This document shows positions 1 through 11,110 of a stretch of DNA of 64,000 bases, in pieces. Source of the stretch: Felis catus (lineage: Eukaryota). Each line of letters begins with the position of its first letter. Positions within the stretch are counted from its first letter, which is position 1. Under the pieces are notes generated by a model, which saw nothing but the letters and a program-made list of their open reading frames with translations, was not told where the DNA came from and ran no database searches. The stretch covers positions 80,850,001 to 80,914,000 of the forward strand of contig NC_058368.1 of NCBI RefSeq assembly GCF_018350175.1, given 5' to 3'. The translations under genes were made by a program, and so were the position numbers.

Positions 1-328
1 CAGAGCTGTCTCCACTTCCCACCCTCCGTTTCCTCAACTCCCTGCAACGTGGCCACTGCTCATTACAACATCTTACTCAACTTCTTTCCTCACCTGAAAC
101 TTTAGAACACTCCCTGTTCTGGAAACTTTTCCCACAACCAACTGCACTCGCATCTCCTCAAGCCCTTCTGTCTCCCGTTTGCTTTCTGCCTTTCCTGTTT
201 GTCTTGGGCCTATGTAGCCACTCCCAGGCACATCACTCCTTCCCGGATCCCACAGTGACCTCTAAATTGATGAGTCCTTGTTTCTGTGGAGGCTCAACTA
301 TGCAGATTTTGGCCCTCTGGTCACACGC

Positions 329-1040
329 TGTGAGAGACAAAACATGCCGTATCAAACATGTTCCTGTTATGTGTCCTCCAGACTCTATGAGGTCTGTGAG
401 CATTTCACAGTTCCTCTTCCTCAGGGAAAAATGTTGAGTGCCCCCATGATTTTAGAGTGTGGCCCAAAAAGCCAATCTGCATTGACCCCCCACTGGACCT
501 TGAGACTGCGGGCTGAGCTCTTGTGTCCAGGACCTCGTGCACTGCCTGGTGCACGGGTGGTAAGCGCTGTGGTGATAAAACTTTTTTCTAGAATCAGCAT
601 TTTCTAGAGTATGCCTCTTTATATCACCAAATAAGCTCATGACTGCGTATCTTTCGGTTTGTGCTGGGATTTCTAGAAGGATCTCTCAGGTGGCAACTGC
701 CTAAAGTGTATGTCAGCACTTCACTTGATAAACCCAGGTATCCCTCTAAGGACAATCTCCATAAATTTCACGTTCAAAAGATGCCAATCTGTTGCCTCGC
801 CCCAGATATATCTGTTATGTCATTATTTGCTGAGAATTTCATCCGAGGGAGGGCTGTGTTAGCCTAGAGCTCTCTAAGAGAATTAAGTTGCTGAGGTTCA
901 AGTAAGACTTTGTAATAAGCTAGACCTTGATAAAGACACCCAGGAACCTGCACTGTGCAGCCTGTTTTTCAGAGAATGGACCTTCTTCTTTTTTCTTGGC
1001 AGCCAACTTAAAGAGGGGGACGTTTATTTTCCCTTTGACA
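329..1040. mobile_element. Candidate solitary ERV LTR (MER34-like ERV1), old
   Basis: About 710 bp bounded by TGTGAGAGACAAAACATGCC and TTTTCCCTTTGACA (TG...CA ends), resembling recalled MER34-type termini; no TSD found. Confidence 0.35.
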
Positions 1041-4000
1041 TGTTATTCTGTATTTTTGAAGGTGAGAAGGCATCCTGTTCAATAATAGGCATCCACACTT
1101 TTTCCACACCATTACCTTTTCTGGAACTCTTTTCTCCCCGACTCTATACTGTCATTTCCTCTCTGAGGCTGAATTAATTGCTCTTTCCTTATGCCCATTT
1201 TGATCATCTCTTGGTAATCACTAACACAAAATGGCTTGCATTTACCCTCTGTGTAAATCACGGGGTGGCTACTCTGTGACGAGCCGCTCTGTGTGCTTCG
1301 TGTAGTTGTGCGGGCCTGGGCTCTCCGTAAGTGGGGTTGAGTTGAGGTGATCAATGAAGCTTCCTCACCCCGTGCATTTCAAGTTGAAAGCCCCCACCCA
1401 CTTTGGGTTTTTGCATTGAGTGTTGTACTTTTGACTGCTCTTGGCTTCCTGTCCCCTCCCATGGCAACCAGGAGCATGTGAGGGTGTGAGGGACACTAGT
1501 GTGAGGGGTGCCTGTGTGGGAGATACAGGTCTGAGGGATGAGTGTGTGAGGGGTACTAGTGTGTGGAATACTCGGTGAAGGATAATTTAGCTTCCGAGGG
1601 ATTTATGTTCCAATGAAGGAAACTGGAAAGGGGACCAAAACTCACGGCAGCTGGCGAGCTCACCCTGCTTGTGTCCTCAGGGGCATGAGGACGGGGTTCT
1701 CAAGAGGAAGCTGTGCCAGGTTCGATGCCCTCAGAGAAAACAGACCTGGGGCTCCGTCCTCCTCCTCGAAAGCCTTCCCGATTGGCCATGGTCTGGTGGG
1801 TGGTGGAGGGGCCTGAGGCCTGGCCGAGCCCCAGAGCCCTTACTCTTTTCACGCTAACGTCTACTTTTAAGTGACTTTTGAGAGGCGGTTGTTCCTCCAC
1901 CGGGAAGAACGCAAAAATGCCTCTAAACTCACGCTGGATAATGGCTTGCTTCCACCGAGGGATGGTCCGGAGAGTCTAATGGTCTCAAGGATTACGGTTC
2001 AATTTCCAGTGTTAACAGCAGAGCCGAAACTGGCAAAGGTGGCGAATGGCCATTTTCAGACACTTCTGACTAAAAGAAAGGATATTTTCCAATCTCTGCC
2101 TTTTGTCCCCTGGCTTAGCAGAAAGTATTCTTTTCATGCACACACGAGCAGGTATAATGCTGTTCTTTTTGTGCATAACTTTTCATCTCAGGTCAATGCT
2201 GGTTTTTTGTTTTTGTTTTTTTTTTTGTTCTGCATTTCTTGAAGGAAACACATGTATTTGTATATTTTGGAATACCAATAAAGTAGTGCACTTCTGATGA
2301 ACTTTGTTATTCAGTAGCTGCTTCGACATGGTAGAGTCATTCTTTTGGGGCACCGTTTTAAGATTTGAACTACTTTTACACGATGTGTAGTTTTTCCAGT
2401 TAATCCTTTCAGCGGCAGTCTTCCAGGCCTATCCCTTAGTAATATTTAAAGACATCCCGTGGCTCCTGGTCCCTCTCTGTTGCCAGAAGCCTGGCCTCGG
2501 CCTCGTCCAGTTGGACACTTGACTCTTCCCTCCAGTGCCTTTGCTCCTTTGCCCTCCCAGTGCAGCCTGCCTCGCTGGCCTGGAAGGTGTCCAGCTGCTC
2601 GCACACCGGAGCGGAGAGGAGGATGGGGCGGAGAGGCCGAAGCTTTTCTGTATCCGGGGGTCTGACTTCGGCCCGCTGACCAGGGTGCCACCAGGTGGGC
2701 CGGGTGCCTGGCCGCGCTGGAGCTGTGGGGGGCAGCCATCCCAGCGCTCGCTCTCCCTTCCTCCGGGGGTTCCTCTCCGGTGGGCTGTGCTTGGCAAGGG
2801 TAGGGGGGCATGTGGGACAGTGTGAGCCTGCTTCCCTCCATCCGTGCTCCCCCCCCCCCCCCGCAGCGTACCCTCTCCTCTACCCCTTGTCTTTCTATGT
2901 AGGGTAGTCTCTTTGGCTGAAGGTGGACCTGTGGGCATGGAGGGTGGTGAGCGGTGGGGGTTCTCCGCCCCTCCTGCCAGAAGGAACGGTCTCGGCACTC
3001 AGGCCAAACACTCCCACCGGCAGTTCCCATTTGGCATCGTGTGACAGACAGGGAGAGCGGCTTTCTCAGGTGCAGCAGAGAAAGTAGACCGCGGCTAAGG
3101 GACAGGGCACTAAGCCCGGGCTACCTGGGCGCTGTCTCAGGGCTGCGGGGTCAGGCGGAGAGGGTCTAAGTCAGCCCATTGCCGTAACCTCTCCAGTGCG
3201 ACGTTACTCACCTGTCAGGTGAGGATTCTAGCGATGCTGGCATTACAGTTTGTCCTGATGACAGACGCAGGGCCTGGCATGCGATTATTATTTATAAGTA
3301 TGAGGTCTCATAGTCTTGTGGATAAGTTTCCACAGAGGACGGCAAATGAAAGCTGTCATTTTATAACCTGCTCTCCATGGAACATAGAAATGCTAAGTGA
3401 CGTGTGATCAGTTAGAACCTCACACGGTCCTGCCTTCCCTTTTCCCCACATCACCGCGAGTGGACGGTGAGAAGCATGTTGTCACCTCTGTGCCGGGGCA
3501 GCTGTGGGCCGGGTATAGGGGGTTGGAGCTTGGTGGTGACCTAGGGAGTGCTGTGCACGCGTGCACACTTGCACAGGCCACCGCCTGGTTCTCGGCATCA
3601 CCAGGAAGATGCTTGGGGAGGGCCCGCACCCGTTGGCTGTGTGCTGGAGCGGGACTCGCGCCGCCGCCGTCCCTGTGCTCCCCTGCAGAGCTGGCGGCGG
3701 CTCCCTGGCCGACTCTCCGGGGCTGCCGTCCGTGGAAGCTGCCCAGGTCCTGGCAAGGCCTTCGGTTCACAGGAGGATTCCCGGTCTGTGCTCGGTGTGG
3801 TCACCTGGTTGGGGGCGGCTCACCTGGGGCCTGTCCCCCCTCCCCCAACCCCGACATGTCTCAGCTCTGCCTCAGGTTTGCCGAGGGTTGAGGCTGATGC
3901 CCGTCTGGCCCCCCCGAGAAAGGATGCTGAGGAAGGAGAGCGGGAGCGCCCCAGGGGCACAGAGGCCTTCAGCGTGTGGCCTGCAACTCTGGACTCGCTC

Positions 4001-5129
4001 CTGAAGGCGTCTGGTGACTCAGCCGCGCCGGCAGGGTGGCCGCCCTGGAAAGTTCCAGAGGAAAAGCTCCTGTATTTCACCGGCTGGCTCTTTGAGAAAC
4101 TCAAGTCAGCCGTGGGAAGCGGCAGCTCGGTCTGGTCTCTTCTGGGCAAAGCCGTTTCTTAAAATGCGTCTCACAACCTTGCACCTCCGTCAGGGCCATT
4201 CAGGGAGTGAGTGTAGCCGGGTCATTGCGTGGCTTCAAGACGGCTGGGCACGGTGGCTCGGGAGATAGCACGGGGCAGTGCCTGAGCAAACACACCGTGT
4301 GGGGTTGGCAGATGAGGAGAGACATCACGTTATGCCCTGGGATGCGGCAGAGGCAGGTGAATAATTTTGAAACAGCTGTTTAGTGAAGGTTGCCGTGCAC
4401 GTCGCAGCCTGCACGCGGTAGTCCACCGTGTCGCCTCTTAGCCCATAGACATCATCCGCAAGACTCGCCGTGCCTTCCCGTTCCCGCTGGCCCATCCCTA
4501 GTGGCGGTATTTCCGCCCCCCGCACGGCTCGTGTGATTTCTTGTAGGTGTGTGAACACCTACATTTTGTGTTTGCACCTGAAACCAGTGTTTGGCATCCC
4601 CGGATGGAAGGTCTATGGGCAAGGCCTCGGTTTCATCCTAAGGGAGGACATGTCGCTCCGGGATGACGTCTCCTTTGTTCTTCTTCAGGGGCCAAGGCGT
4701 TTCTGCTGTTCGTTATGTGGACTCAATTAGAACACCTGGCAGATCCAGAGAGGCTAGATCCAGAAGGCCCAGAGTCTGCCTTTCTAGTCACTGACCCCAG
4801 TGGCTGAATGCCTCCCACGTTTGGAGGAGCCACATCTAAATTCTGACACTAAAATTCCGGCCCGACTCAAACCATCTTATACCCTAGAGTGGTCAAGATG
4901 TGGTCGCAAGGTTTGTCACCTTTCACCTCCCATCACCAGAAGCGTGGGTTTGGGGAAAGCAGGAAGAGCAGGGGTCCACCACAGATTTGGGACCTACCCC
5001 CAAGGCACCTTGCGGTAGACGCGCTGCCCCAGACCAAGAATATGGACACACCCTCCCAACCGCAGCAGCGGCCACACGGAGGCTGCCTTGGTCTGTGTAC
5101 CAGCTTCTTTACCCTTCGAGGAACGACAC

Positions 5130-5205
5130 TCAACTCCCAATTTCCAAAGAGGAAACTGAGGCCCAGGGAGGAGCCGATGGCCACTGGCTGTCCCAGGTTC
5201 ACACA
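5130..5205 (-). mobile_element. MIR fragment (core)
   Basis: CCCAATTTCCAAAGAGGAAACTGAGGCCCAG...CCCAGGTTCACAC matches the antisense MIR core. Confidence 0.6.
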
Positions 5206-6415
5206 AAGGCCTTTCCAAGGGCTTTAGACCCACATGACGTGGCCTCTCTCAGACTCTCTGTGCTTCTGGGTCACTTTGAAGCTTCTTACACTGGGCCGGG
5301 GAGCCCTGAGAAGGTTTTCCTGTCATTCTATGAGTATGGTGAAATAGTTTGCAAAGACAAGATGCAGCCCTTGCTTTGAAGGGCTTGCTCTCTTACAGGG
5401 CGACAGACACACACACTAGTGAGAAGGTCACATTCACTGGTTTGTTTTATTTATGGGGCAAATAAGTGGTTCTAGCCACAGATTGTGACATGTCAGCAGT
5501 TGGGGGGGGGCGGGGGCATGAGTGTAGGGGTCTCAGCAGAGGTGGGCCCTAACTGTCGAATTTGGAGGGAGCATGGCGGATGCGGGGACGGAGCGCATGG
5601 GGGAACGCAGTGCAGCTTCCTTTCCAACACGGTTGAGGGTCTTCAGTGCCTCAGATCCCACATGAGCATGAGTGCGAATGGGGCTGGGCCGCCACTCGCC
5701 CAGGGACCACCTGTGGTGGGGATTAGAACGGACACCCTTTCTCTGTGTGGACCCAGCCCCATCGTTCCAGGGTGGGTGGCTTGGCAGCCAGAGTCCCACC
5801 ATCTCCCTCAGCTGTCCTCAGTCCATCTGAGTGGTAGACAGCACGGTCAGAGGGATGTGTCCCGCTTCTGCTGAGCTTATGCCCTGGGTCGTGTTTGTGG
5901 GAAGGCAGCCCCGAAACAGGATGCTGAAAGAAAAAGTAGCCGTTCCCAACCAACAGAATGGGAAAAGATATTTGCAAGTGACATATCAGGTAAAGGGTTA
6001 GTATCCAAAATCTGTAAACAACTTACCAAACTCAACGCCCGAAAAACAAATAATCCAGTGAAGAAATGGCAGAAGACATGAAGAGACACTTTTCCAAAGA
6101 AGACATCCAGATGGCCAACAGATACACGAAAAGGCGTTCAACGTCACTGCTCATCAGGGAAATACAAATCAAAACCACACCGGTTTTGATTTGTCTGACC
6201 TGACACCGGTCAGAGTGGCTAAAATGAACAACTGAGGAAACAACAGATGCTGGAAATGATGAGGAGAAAAGGGAACCCTCATATACTGTTGGTGGGAATG
6301 CAAACTGGTGCAGCTGCTCTGGAAAACAGTGTGAAGGTTTTGCAAAAAATTAAAAATAGAACTACCCTACAATCCAGCAAAAGCACTACTAGGAATTTAA
6401 CCAGGGGATACGGGA

Positions 6416-6604
6416 GTGCTGATGCATAGGGGCACATGTACCCCAATGTTTATAGCAGTGCTTTCAACAATAGCCAAATTATGGAAAAAGCCTAAATGTC
6501 CATCAACCAAGGAATGGAAAAAGAAGATGTGGTTTATATATACAATGGAATACTACTTGGCAATGCGAAAGAATGAAATTATGCCATTGCAGCAACGTGG
6601 ATAG
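6416..6604 (+). pseudogene. LINE-1 ORF2p C-terminal remnant (non-functional)
   Basis: Translation matches the L1 ORF2 C-terminal segment; the element is 5'-truncated and the frame is broken. Confidence 0.85.
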
Positions 6605-6836
6605 AACTGGGAGGTATTGTGCTGACTGAAATAAGTCAGAGAAGGACAGATATCGTATGTTTTCACTCATATATGGATCTCAAGAAACTTAACAGAAGAC
6701 CATGGGGCAAGGGGAGGGGAAAAAAATAGATACAAACAGAGAGGGAGGGAGGCAAACCACAAGAGACTCTTAAATACAGAGAACAAACACAGGGTGGATG
6801 GGGGGTGGGGTGAGGGGAAAATGGGTGATGGGGAGG

Positions 6837-6982
6837 GAGGAGGGCATTTGTTGGGATGAGCACTGGGTGTTGTATGCAAGCGATGAACCATGGGAATCTA
6901 CCCCCGAAAGAGGAGGGCATTTGTTGGGATGAGCACTGGGTGTTGTATGCAAGCGATGAACCATGGGAATCTACCCCCGAAA
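6837..6982 (+). repeat. Perfect 73-bp tandem duplication in the L1 3' UTR
   Basis: 6837-6909 and 6910-6982 are identical (GAGGAGGGCATTTG...CTACCCCCGAAA). Confidence 0.97.
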
Positions 6983-7781
6983 CCAAGAGCACACTGTATG
7001 CACTGTATGTTAGCCAATTTGACAATAAATTATATTTAAAAAAAGAAAAGAGAAGAGAAGAAAAAGTAGTCATTCCAAATTGAGTGGAGGGCTGTGGGGA
7101 CCAGGCGCCAGGACTGGGAAGGCTTCCTCGGGTTGAGTGGTTGGTGTTCCCGAGAGGAGAAGGAGCCAGGTCAGTGTAGAGAGAATATTCCAGGCAGACA
7201 GAATAACAACCTCATGGGCCTGAAGAGGGAAACACCTCAGGGAGTTTGAGAACTTTTAGAAAGCTGGTGTGAACAGCTTACACTGGGATTTCCTAAAGTG
7301 GAAAATGCTTTCAGTTCTATCTGATTTGGTACTAGGTAGTAAATGTCGTTATAAGGACTTGGGAACCAAGCAGAGCCCTTCTAGAATGTTCGTGAATTTA
7401 GTTGCCTTCCATCTGGGGCAAAGTAAGCAACAAGCCCACGGAGTTGGTGCTGAGATTCAAGAGGGAAGAATTGGAATCTTTTCTGAACAGATGTTGTTAA
7501 GCACCTACCATGTGCTAGAATCTAGAGTCAGGCAAGGAAAAAACATACTTGAGCTGATTAGGACACTTTGAATCAGAAAGAGCTTTTCTCTGACTAAGTA
7601 GTATTGATGTAAAGGGGCTGTAAGTATGTCAAATAAAACAATCTCTGGAAGTAGGGCCTACACTGTGGGCCATTGGGATGGGATAGATCATAGCCTGTTG
7701 GATTATACTCTGTAAGACATACATTCTAGGGGTAATTAAGTTAACAAATGTGTGATCTAATAACACAATATCATTTCTTGG

Positions 7782-8150
7782 ATCGGTTAGCAGTTACCTT
7801 GATAATGCTATATAGCAAACCACACCAAATTCAGTGGTAGCAACAGCAATGCCTTGTTTTCACAGATGTGTTGGTTGGCTGGGGCTGGGCTGATCCACGC
7901 TGGGCCGCGTCCATGCTCCCCAAGCGATGGATGAGCTGTGTATGTTCTTGTGTCTGTAGCAGGGGTGTAAATGAACACGGGGAAACATGGAGGCTTCTTA
8001 AAGTCTGGGCTTGGAACTGGCCATTCAGTTAGTCAAGGCAGGCAGTGTGCCCGGCATAAGGTCAAGGGAGGGACCCCAATGCCCTTGCCCACCGTGAGGC
8101 AGGTGTGGATTCAGAGAGCGTGCAGAGTTAGGGCCAGTGCAGTCTACCAT
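7782..8150 (-). mobile_element. Old MaLR LTR (MLT1J/K-like)
   Basis: GGTTAGC...ATAATGCTATATAGCAAACCACACCAAATTCAGTGG and GGGCTTGGAACTGGC resemble old MLT1 LTR motifs. Confidence 0.55.
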
Positions 8151-8352
8151 TCCTCCCTTACCTGGGGGTCACTTACCCAACAACCTCTACCATCCAGAAC
8201 ATTGTTTCAGAACAAAATAAGCAGAAATGGTTTCAAATAAAACAAAGTGACAAAATCTGTAGCCTACAATTCATGCACTCTGTACCTGGGGGACCTTCAA
8301 GTTTTGCTCAGGCTGTTTACTTCTCCCTTATGTGTAATTCTGCTGAGAGTAC

Positions 8353-8729
8353 GTCTTAGTCTGTTTGTGTTGCTGTAACAAATATCACAAACTAGGCATT
8401 GTATTTCTCACAGAAATTTCTCATAGAAATTTACTTCTCACAGTTCTGGAGGCCGGAAGCTCAAGATCGGGATGCCTGCAGATCCATTGTCTGGTGGGAG
8501 CCTGCTTCCTGGCTCATAGACCACTGTGTTTGCACTGTGTCCTCACGTGGCAGAGGGGGTCAAGGAGCTCTCTGGGGTCGCTTTTATAAGGGCACTAATT
8601 CCATTTATGAGGACGTGACCCTCATGACCTAATCACCTCCCCAAAGCGCCACCTGTAATCACCATCACCTTGGGGGTTAGGTTTTAACATATGAATTCTT
8701 GCGGGGGCACAAACATTCAGTCCATGGCA
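8353..8729 (-). mobile_element. MaLR LTR (MLT1A/B-like)
   Basis: GTCTTAGTCTGTTTGTGTTGCTGTAACAAATATCAC...TTCTCACAGTTCTGGAGGC...CTTTTATAAGGGCACTAAT...AACATTCAGTCCATGGCA. Confidence 0.85.
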
Positions 8730-9643
8730 TATAGCAATTCACAACAGGGCTCCCTGTCACTAGTGCTATATCTCCTGGTTCTAGTGTGCCACATGGAATT
8801 CTAGAATATTACAAAGGCAACATTTAGCATCAAAATCATATTCTCAGATCAAGAGCAAAATATCTTCTAGATATGAAATTATTTTCCCCTTGGGTTTCTA
8901 GTTATTTATTTACTTATGCAAATCTGTGATGGATGTTTAAGTATATTTGTGAGAAAAATATTGAATATATAACACTTGCCTAAACATGATATTAGGCATA
9001 GAAAACTAGAAAGGAAGGGTGCGCAGGTGAATGTGCTGTGTCCATGTTTATGGGATTGAGCTGGGGAAACGTCCTGCACAGGAGGAAGAGTGGTATTATC
9101 TTACACACGGTCCACGTGGTACAAAGATGTGAACCGTTGCTGTCCTACAAGAAACTGCTCGAGCGCCAGCCCACCAGAGAATGTCTTAAGTGGGGCTGGT
9201 CCCAGGAGGGCGGGATGTGGGTGAACAGCTCCACTGTCCGTCCACGTGCATAGCCATATCACTGAGGCAGCCTGACACAGAGTCTCTCGTCTTGCATTCC
9301 GGCCGGTCCCGCCAACCTTGCTGCCAAGCCTGCCATTCCCCTCCCAGGCCTCCACTGGGTCCTCTACCCCTGAGCCTGTGTCTACCCCGGACTCCTGAAT
9401 TGCTGCAGGGACTGTTATGTGCCCTGCTGATCAGTGTACTCCCAGTGTTTGGCACGGTGCCCATACACAGGGGTGCTGAGGAAGCACACCGGCAAGTTCT
9501 CAGAAGGCCGCCCTTGGCATCCCGGACTGCCTGCCCCAACTTCTCTTCCCAAGGCCCTGTCCAGGCCTGCCAGGCCTAGAGGCTCTTCATCCTGCCCTCA
9601 CGCCAGCTTCGTCTCTGGCTGTTCTCACCTTCAATATCCAGCT

Positions 9644-10098
9644 CTGGGGGGTTGAATTGTGTTCCCTAAAGAGACTCATGGAAGTCCCAACTCTTGGAAC
9701 TTGTGACTGTGACCTTACCTGGAAGTAGGGCATTTGTGCATTTAATCGAGTTAGGATGAGTCATACTGTGTTGTGGGCCCATACACAATGACTGGTGTCC
9801 TCATAAGAAGAGAAAAATGCGGACATGGAGATACACGGGTAGACCTCCTTGAGGCGATGGGGGTAGAGATTGCAGTGACACAGCCAAGTGGTCCAAGCCA
9901 AAGAACACTGAGGATTGCTGGTGGTCACCAGAAGCTGGGAGAGAGGCCAGGAAGGTCCTCCCAAGAGCCGCCAGAGTGGGCCAACCCTTCAACACCTTGA
10001 TCTGAGACATTGCCTCTAAAACTGTGAGAGGGTAAATGTCTGTTTTCTAAGCCACCAGTTTGTGATACTTTGTTATGGCGACCACAGGAAAATGATAT
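9644..10098 (+). mobile_element. MaLR LTR (MLT1C-like)
   Basis: GGGTTGAATTGTGTTCCC...TGTGACCTTA...AAACTGTGAGAG...AAGCCACCAGTTTGTGATACTTTGTTATGGC. Confidence 0.85.
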
Positions 10099-10289
10099 GG
10101 CTGCCCACACAGATGTGCTCTCCACTTCTCAAATCCCCCTGCCTCTCTTTCACTCCTCCCAGTGAACCCTGTCCTTCCATCCCATCTCAGCCTGGCCTCT
10201 GTCTCTGAAGAGTCTCCTCAGACTCCTTGGACTGGCCTGATGAGGCCATCACTTTGTGACTTCACTTTGCCTGGTTCCCTCCCTTAGGC

Positions 10290-10460
10290 ATGAGCATCAC
10301 TACTGTAATTCTGCACTTGTCATATGAATTTGGTTATTTTCTGGACATCCCACTGGATGGTAAACTCCACGAAGGCAAAGACTCTGGCTGGTTTGCTTGC
10401 TGTTATACTCTGGTATCGAGTACAAGGCATGGCACTTGGGAGCTACTCGGCAAATTTTTG
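10290..10460 (+). mobile_element. L2 3' end
   Basis: GGTAAACTCCACGAAGGCAAAGAC...GCATGGCACTTGGGAGCTACTCGGCAAATTTTTG running into a TGGA repeat tail. Confidence 0.7.
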
Positions 10461-10885
10461 ATGGATGGATGGGTGGAAGATGGGTAGATGGATGGATGGA
10501 TGAGTGGGTGAGTGGGTAGGTGAGTGGATGGTGGGTGGGTGGGTGGATGGATGGGTGAGTGGGTGGGTGGTTGGGTGGATGGATGGATGGATGGATGGAT
10601 GGAAGATGGATGGATGGATGAGTGGGTGGGTAGGTGAGTGGGTGGTGGGTGGGTGGGTGGATGGATGGATGGGTGGATAATGGATGGATGGGTGGGTGGG
10701 TGGGTAGGTGGGTGGGTGGGTGGATGGTTGGATGGGGAGGGGTGGGTGGGTAGATGAATGGATGGGTGGATGGGCAGGTGAGTGGTTGGTGGATGAATGA
10801 GTGGACAGAAGGGTGAGTGGGTGGGTGGGTGGATGGATGGATGGATTGACGAGTGGAGGGTAGAAAAGTGAGTGGATGGATGATT
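10460..10885 (+). repeat. (TGGA/TGGG)n degenerate simple repeat
   Basis: Directly visible; source of the His/Pro-rich spurious ORFs. Confidence 0.95.
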
Positions 10886-11054
10886 GAAAACAAATGACAG
10901 ATCGTATTCTGTGGATATTTTCTTGGGATAGCACTAACTTATTCTTTTCTGTGCAGTTCAAGCATAACAGGTTCTCATAGGCTTTCTTCGAGACTTGAAT
11001 AAGATTCTGTCCAACTCTCGCATACAGTTCCCAGAAGCCTATACCTTTTGTACT

Positions 11055-11110
11055 CCCTCCATTTTACAGATAAGGACGCTGAGGCTGAGCATGACTTACC
11101 CAGGGTGGAT
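11055..11110 (-). mobile_element. MIR fragment
   Basis: CTCCATTTTACAGATAAGGACGCTGAGGCT...TGACTTACCCAGGGT. Confidence 0.6.

Larger units (their letters stand above)
5947..7057 (+). mobile_element. 5'-truncated felid/carnivore LINE-1 (end of ORF2, 3' UTR, A-rich tail)
   Basis: Starts CAACCAACAGAATGGGAAAAGATATTTGC (QPTEWEKIFA). ORF 6416-6604 (TCTPMFIAVLSTIAKLWKKPKCPST...) is the L1 ORF2 C-terminus. G-rich 3' UTR, AATAAA and A-rich tail follow. TSD AAGAAAAAGTAGCCGTTCC (5928-5946) vs AAGAAAAAGTAGTCATTCC (7058-7076). Confidence 0.95.

Noticed and set aside
3207..3223. Palindrome CTCACCTG-T-CAGGTGAG (opposed E-boxes or splice-donor-like sites)
   Set aside because: Eight-bp arms are at chance level and there is no supporting exon context.
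6837..6982. Direct repeats suggesting a CRISPR-like array
   Set aside because: Only two abutting units with no spacers, inside a mammalian L1 3' UTR.
10300..10961. His/Pro/Thr-rich ORFs on the minus strand
   Set aside because: They are translations of the (TGGA/TGGG)n repeat.
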